Translations under genes and position numbers: made by a program
The notes under the pieces: generated by a model
Database searches by the model: none
What the model saw: only the letters and a program-made list of their open reading frames with translations
What the model was told of the DNA's origin: nothing
Assembly: GCA_011048485.1 (NCBI GenBank)
Contig: DSDX01000161.1
Coordinates: 1-27,785, forward strand
Length of the DNA: 27,785 nt
Direction: 5' to 3'
Origin: Candidatus Aminicenantes bacterium
GTDB taxonomy: Bacteria > Acidobacteriota > Aminicenantia > Aminicenantales > Saccharicenantaceae
Shown: in pieces, positions 24,237-27,785 of the stretch
Numbering within the stretch: the stretch's first letter is position 1
Layout: each line of letters begins with the position of its first letter

Positions 24237-25655
24237 GTGAACGCGGGCTTCGCCCTGGCCATCGCCGCCTATGTCGCCGTCCTCGGCGCGGCCGGGTTCG
24301 GCTTCCGGGGACGGGCCGGGGGCCTGGACTCCTTTTTCCTCGCCTCGCGCCGGCTGGGGGCGGCCCGGGTCGCCTTTTCGCTCTGCGCCTCCTGGATAGG
24401 GGCCGCCTCGCTCCTCGTCTCGACCGACGAGGCCTGTCGCGACGGCGTGAGCGCGATCTGGATCGTCGGCGTGCCCGCCGTGGCGGCCCTGGTCGCGCTG
24501 ACGGCCCTGGTCCGGCCCATCCGAGCGGTCTCGGGGCTGACCCTGTCCGAGATCATGCGCGACCGCTACGGGCGCGCGGCGGGGGCGCTGACGACCGCCC
24601 TCATCGTCTGGTACATGACCGTCCTGGCCGCTTCCCAAATGGTCGCCGCCGGGCCCTTCCTGGACGCCATCCTTGGCACGGGGCCCGTCCAGAGCCTGGC
24701 CCTTGCGGCCGGGATCGCCGCGGCCTATTCGGTCGCGGGGGGACTGCGGGTCCTGGCCAGGGTCCACGCCCTCCAGTTCGCGCTCCTCGTCGCCGGCGTC
24801 ACGGGCCTGTCGGGCTCCCTGGCCTCGCGGACCTCCTGGGCCGCGGTGCGGGCGGCCGCGGCCGGCACAGGCGGCTATTTCGACGTCTTCGCCGGAGCCG
24901 AGCGCAACCTGCTCATCGCCCTCTCCTTCCTCCTGGCCTGGACGGTCTCACCGATCGCTTGGCAGCGTATCCAAGCCGCCAAAAGCGAGGCCTCCGCCCG
25001 AGGCGGGACGGCCGCGGCGGCCGTCCTCCTGGGTTTCTTCTACGCCGGGATCGTCGCCGTCGGGATGCTCTTCCTCCCCCTCTTCCCGGACGGCGGGAGC
25101 GGCGTCCCCCTTGTCACCCGATACGTTTCTCTCGAAACGGGCTCTTGGCTGGGCGGGCTCGTCTTCGTGACCGTCCTGGCTGCCATCCTGTCGACGATGG
25201 ACGCCGCCCTCAATACCGGGGCCTTCACCCTGACCAAGGACCTGCTCGGGCTGAAAGGGAGCGACGGTCCCGGCGGCCGCCCGCTCGGGCTGGCCAGGGG
25301 CACGACGGTCCTCCTGGCCCTGGCCGCGTTCGCCGTCGCGGCCCGGCTGGGGGACATCCTCAAGACCCTCGGGCTGGCCTCGGCGATCATGGCCGAAGGG
25401 CTGCTCCTCCCCGGCCTCGCGGCGCTCTTCCTCAAAAGGCGGGCCCCGCTGGCGGGCCTTTTGGGCCTCGGCTTCGGGGCCGCCCATGCGGCCGTCGCCT
25501 TTCTCGGCGAAACCGGGCTGCGGCTCCTGCCCGCCCCGCCCTGGCCGCGGTCACTCCTTGCGGGGATCGCTCTCGGCGCCGCGGGCTTTCTCGCCGGCCT
25601 CGGTCTCGAGCGGCTGCGCCAGGCGCGGTCCCGCTTCGGGGGCCCGCCGGCTTGA
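24237..25655 (+). CDS. Sodium:solute symporter family (SSS) transporter
   Basis: 472 aa from GTG 24237. FFLASRRLG, SLCASWIGAASL, SEIMRDRYG, YSVAGGLR, WQRIQAAKS and AAILSTMDAALN; about 12-13 TM segments. Confidence 0.88.
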   Translation: MNAGFALAIAAYVAVLGAAGFGFRGRAGGLDSFFLASRRLGAARVAFSLCASWIGAASLLVSTDEACRDGVSAIWIVGVPAVAALVALTALVRPIRAVSGLTLSEIMRDRYGRAAGALTTALIVWYMTVLAASQMVAAGPFLDAILGTGPVQSLALAAGIAAAYSVAGGLRVLARVHALQFALLVAGVTGLSGSLASRTSWAAVRAAAAGTGGYFDVFAGAERNLLIALSFLLAWTVSPIAWQRIQAAKSEASARGGTAAAAVLLGFFYAGIVAVGMLFLPLFPDGGSGVPLVTRYVSLETGSWLGGLVFVTVLAAILSTMDAALNTGAFTLTKDLLGLKGSDGPGGRPLGLARGTTVLLALAAFAVAARLGDILKTLGLASAIMAEGLLLPGLAALFLKRRAPLAGLLGLGFGAAHAAVAFLGETGLRLLPAPPWPRSLLAGIALGAAGFLAGLGLERLRQARSRFGGPPA

Positions 25656-25701
25656 CTTTTTCGTCGAAAGAGGTCATAGGTAGAGGTCACGGAGGGAAAA
25701 A

Positions 25702-26484
25702 ATGAAGAAGATCCTGTTCGTGATCGCCATCGCGGCCGTTATCGCCGGGCCGGCCCTGGCGCAGACGGCGGCCGACCACATCCAGGAGGGCGACGCGGCT
25801 TATGCCGCGTTTGACGACACCAAGGCCCTGGAAAACTACCAGGCGGCCCTCGCGCTCGAGCCCGGCAACTACGAGGCCCTGTGGAAGACCTCGCGGGCCA
25901 TGGTCGACATCGCCGACGTCATCCCGGGGACGGGCAAGGACGTCAAGGAGCGCCAGAAGGAGATGTATACCGAAGCCACCTCGCTGGCGCGAAAGGCGGT
26001 GGCCGCCAACCCGGACGACACCTGGGGCCATTTCCAGCTTGCCGCCGCCAACGGCAAGCGGCTGCTCCTCCTCGGCAAGAAGGAGCAGATCGCCGCTTCG
26101 AAGGCGGTCAGGGACTCGATCGAAAAAGCCATCGAGCTCGATCCGACCAACCACCTCGCCTATCACGCTTACGGCCGCTGGCACCGGAGGATGGACGAGA
26201 TCGGCGGCGCCAAGCGCCTCTTCGGCAGCATCCTTTACGGCTCCATCCCGAAAGGGTCTTTCGCCGAGTCGGAGACCTACCTGCGGAAGGCCATCGAGCT
26301 GCACCCCGAGTACATCAACCACTACCTCGAGCTCGGCCGGACGCTCGTCGCCCTCAAGAGATACGACGAGGCGGCCGAGTCCTTCCAGAACGTCATAGAC
26401 ATGCCCAAGACGACCTCGAAGGATGACGTCTTGAAGGCCGAGGCCAAGGCCGAGCTGGAAGCCCTAAAGACGAAAAAGAAATAG
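25702..26484 (+). CDS. Secreted TPR protein, RMDN (regulator of microtubule dynamics / FAM82)-like
   Basis: 260 aa. GGAGG SD; signal peptide ending ALA-Q; TPR motifs YEALWKTSRA, IEKAIELDPTNHLAYHAYGRW and KAIELHPEYINHYLELGRTL. Confidence 0.8.
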   Translation: MKKILFVIAIAAVIAGPALAQTAADHIQEGDAAYAAFDDTKALENYQAALALEPGNYEALWKTSRAMVDIADVIPGTGKDVKERQKEMYTEATSLARKAVAANPDDTWGHFQLAAANGKRLLLLGKKEQIAASKAVRDSIEKAIELDPTNHLAYHAYGRWHRRMDEIGGAKRLFGSILYGSIPKGSFAESETYLRKAIELHPEYINHYLELGRTLVALKRYDEAAESFQNVIDMPKTTSKDDVLKAEAKAELEALKTKKK

Positions 26485-26496
26485 GCCGCCGGCCGG

Positions 26497-27042
26497 CTAT
26501 TCGGAGAAGACCTGGGCGGTGAAGACCTCGATCTTCGCCCCCTTTTGCCATTCGTCGGGCGGCAACCCGGCCTTGAGACAGCCGTGCCGGAGGTAGGTTT
26601 CCCTGTCCCAACCGTGCTCGACCGGGACCTGGGGCAGGAGCAGGCCTCTGTGGCCGCCCTTGGCGACGATGATACCATGGCGGCCGACCTCGACCTCCTC
26701 GGGATCGCGGACGGGTTCCGGCAGGCCTAGGACCGATATCTCGATCTTGAGCTTGTCCATCTCTTCGGCCCGAAGGGGCTCGAACCTCGTATCCTGGGAG
26801 GCGGCGGCGACGGCCATCTCGAGGATGGTCTCGTCGAGGGATTTCATCGGCAGCGGGTAGCCGATGCAGCCGCGGAGCTCTCCGTCAACCGTCAGGGTGA
26901 CGAAAGCGCCCCTTTTCTCCTTGAGGACGCCGGACGCGACCGGGCTGCGGAGACGCCCGCCCGTCTCGAAATAGTGCTCGAGCGCTTGGCGGGCGAGTTT
27001 CAAGCACGCGCGCCTGTCCTCCGCGGTGAGCGGTTCGCTCAT
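26497..27042 (-). CDS. AMMECR1-domain protein (AmmeMemoRadiSam protein A-like)
   Basis: 181 aa. GAFVTL..ELRGCIG, AASQDTRFEPL, IEISVL, GRHGII, GLLLPQV and EVFTAQVF. Confidence 0.94.
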   Translation of the reverse strand: MSEPLTAEDRRACLKLARQALEHYFETGGRLRSPVASGVLKEKRGAFVTLTVDGELRGCIGYPLPMKSLDETILEMAVAAASQDTRFEPLRAEEMDKLKIEISVLGLPEPVRDPEEVEVGRHGIIVAKGGHRGLLLPQVPVEHGWDRETYLRHGCLKAGLPPDEWQKGAKIEVFTAQVFSE

Positions 27043-27443
27043 GGGCCGTCTCCTTTCGTGGCCGGGGCGAACGGCAGGGTCTCGAACCGGAATCTGCGCT
27101 CGTAGCCGACCACAGCCGAGCCGAGCACGGGCGCCCGGGCCGGGCCGGTCGACTGGAGGACAAGCCGGCCGAACCAGGCCGGGCCGAGCAGGGCCTTCTT
27201 GAGCGCGGCGGGCGGCCTGACCAGGACGATCCCGATGATCCGCCCCGGCCAGATCCCGTCGAGCTCCGCGAGGGCTTTCTCATCGGGCGCCGTCCCGGGG
27301 GCCCCCGCCGGGAGGACCTTCTCGACGATGAACCGGGGGCCTCGTTTGTGACCGATGATCACGCCCCAGGCTCCCGGCTTCGGCCTGAAGACCCTGAGAG
27401 CGTCGATCTCGCGCCGCGCCTCGGGGGTGATGAAGACATCCAC
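27039..27443 (-). CDS. JAB/MPN-fold protein lacking the JAMM metal-binding motif
   Basis: 134 aa from GTG 27443. VFITPEARREI..PKPGAWGVIIGHKRGPRFIVEKVLPAG..IIGIVLVRP follows the MPN pattern, but the catalytic E and HxH are absent. ATGA overlap with AMMECR1. Confidence 0.62.
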   Translation of the reverse strand: MDVFITPEARREIDALRVFRPKPGAWGVIIGHKRGPRFIVEKVLPAGAPGTAPDEKALAELDGIWPGRIIGIVLVRPPAALKKALLGPAWFGRLVLQSTGPARAPVLGSAVVGYERRFRFETLPFAPATKGDGP

Positions 27444-27449
27444 ACCCGG

Positions 27450-27458
27450 ATTATAGCA
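27450..27458 (-). promoter_or_regulatory. Perfect extended -10 TGcTATAAT, 6 nt before GTG 27443 (probable leaderless promoter)
   Basis: Minus strand TGC-TATAAT-ccgggt-GTG. Confidence 0.7.
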
Positions 27459-27473
27459 CGGTCCCGGCTCGAT

Positions 27474-27503
27474 TTGACTCGAGCGGGGCGTTCGCATTAG
27501 GAT
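27474..27503 (+). promoter_or_regulatory. Candidate promoter TTGACT-N18-TAGGAT for the MBL hydrolase
   Basis: Divergent from the JAB/AMMECR1 promoter; ends 24 nt before the ATG at 27528. Confidence 0.45.
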
Positions 27504-27527
27504 GGGGGCGGGAGTAAGTGGGCCGGC

Positions 27528-27785
27528 ATGAAGCACGAGCTGGTCGTCGTCGGGGCGCTCGAGACCAACTGCTACCTCGTCTACGACGAGGAGACGCGCG
27601 ATGGCGCGGTCATCGATCCCGGCGCCGAGGCCGAGAAGATCATCTCGACCATCGCCGATCTCGGCATCAGCCCCGTCATCATCCTCAACACCCATGGCCA
27701 CGTCGACCACATCGGGGCGAACAGCGCGATCGTCCGGAAGTACGGCATCCCCCTGGCCATGCATGCCGCCGACACGGGCATGCTC
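27528..27785 (+). CDS. MBL-fold metallo-hydrolase (glyoxalase II / YcbL-like), 5' part, truncated by the window end
   Basis: Not in the ORF track because it has no stop in the window. My translation: MKHELVVVGALETNCYLVYDEETRDGAVIDPG..ILNTHGHVDHIGAN (HxHxDH motif). Confidence 0.92.
   Translation, partial: MKHELVVVGALETNCYLVYDEETRDGAVIDPGAEAEKIISTIADLGISPVIILNTHGHVDHIGANSAIVRKYGIPLAMHAADTGML

Noticed and set aside
1-27785. CRISPR array, IS element, integrase, prophage, or Sec/Pyl recoding
   Set aside because: I found no regularly spaced repeats, transposase or integrase motifs, or genes interrupted by in-frame stops on manual reading.

Overview
High-GC bacterial chromosomal window with no integrase, transposase or CRISPR array that I can see. 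Gene content (PadR plus orphan MacB/FtsX permease, amidase-GerMN, LolA, rplM-rpsI-rpsB-tsf-pyrH-frr) points to a diderm, probably Acidobacteriota/Aminicenantia-like (inference only). Left to right: PadR with a perfect 7-3-7 operator and an orphan ABC permease; a 5'-degenerate tRNA-Asp; a DUF4382 lipoprotein; a block of DAK2-DegV fusion (FakA/FakB-like), DUF1295 and CPD photolyase; a second DUF4382 lipoprotein; tmRNA (tag AEPLAVAA) running straight into amidase-GerMN-der; a TPR lipoprotein; a rhomboid protease; rplM-rpsI-rpsB-tsf-pyrH with a Tat sulfatase inserted before frr; a minus-strand ECF sigma / ZAS anti-sigma / membrane protein module with its own ECF-type promoter; lolA; an SSS transporter; a secreted TPR protein resembling eukaryotic RMDN/PTPIP51; a catalytically dead JAB/MPN gene coupled to AMMECR1; and a partial MBL-fold hydrolase. 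Best leads: the dead-JAB/AMMECR1 pair, the RMDN-like protein behind the SSS transporter, the fatty acid kinase-DUF1295-photolyase operon, the tRNA scar, and four apparently leaderless genes. All family calls come from motif recognition by eye; no database searches were run.
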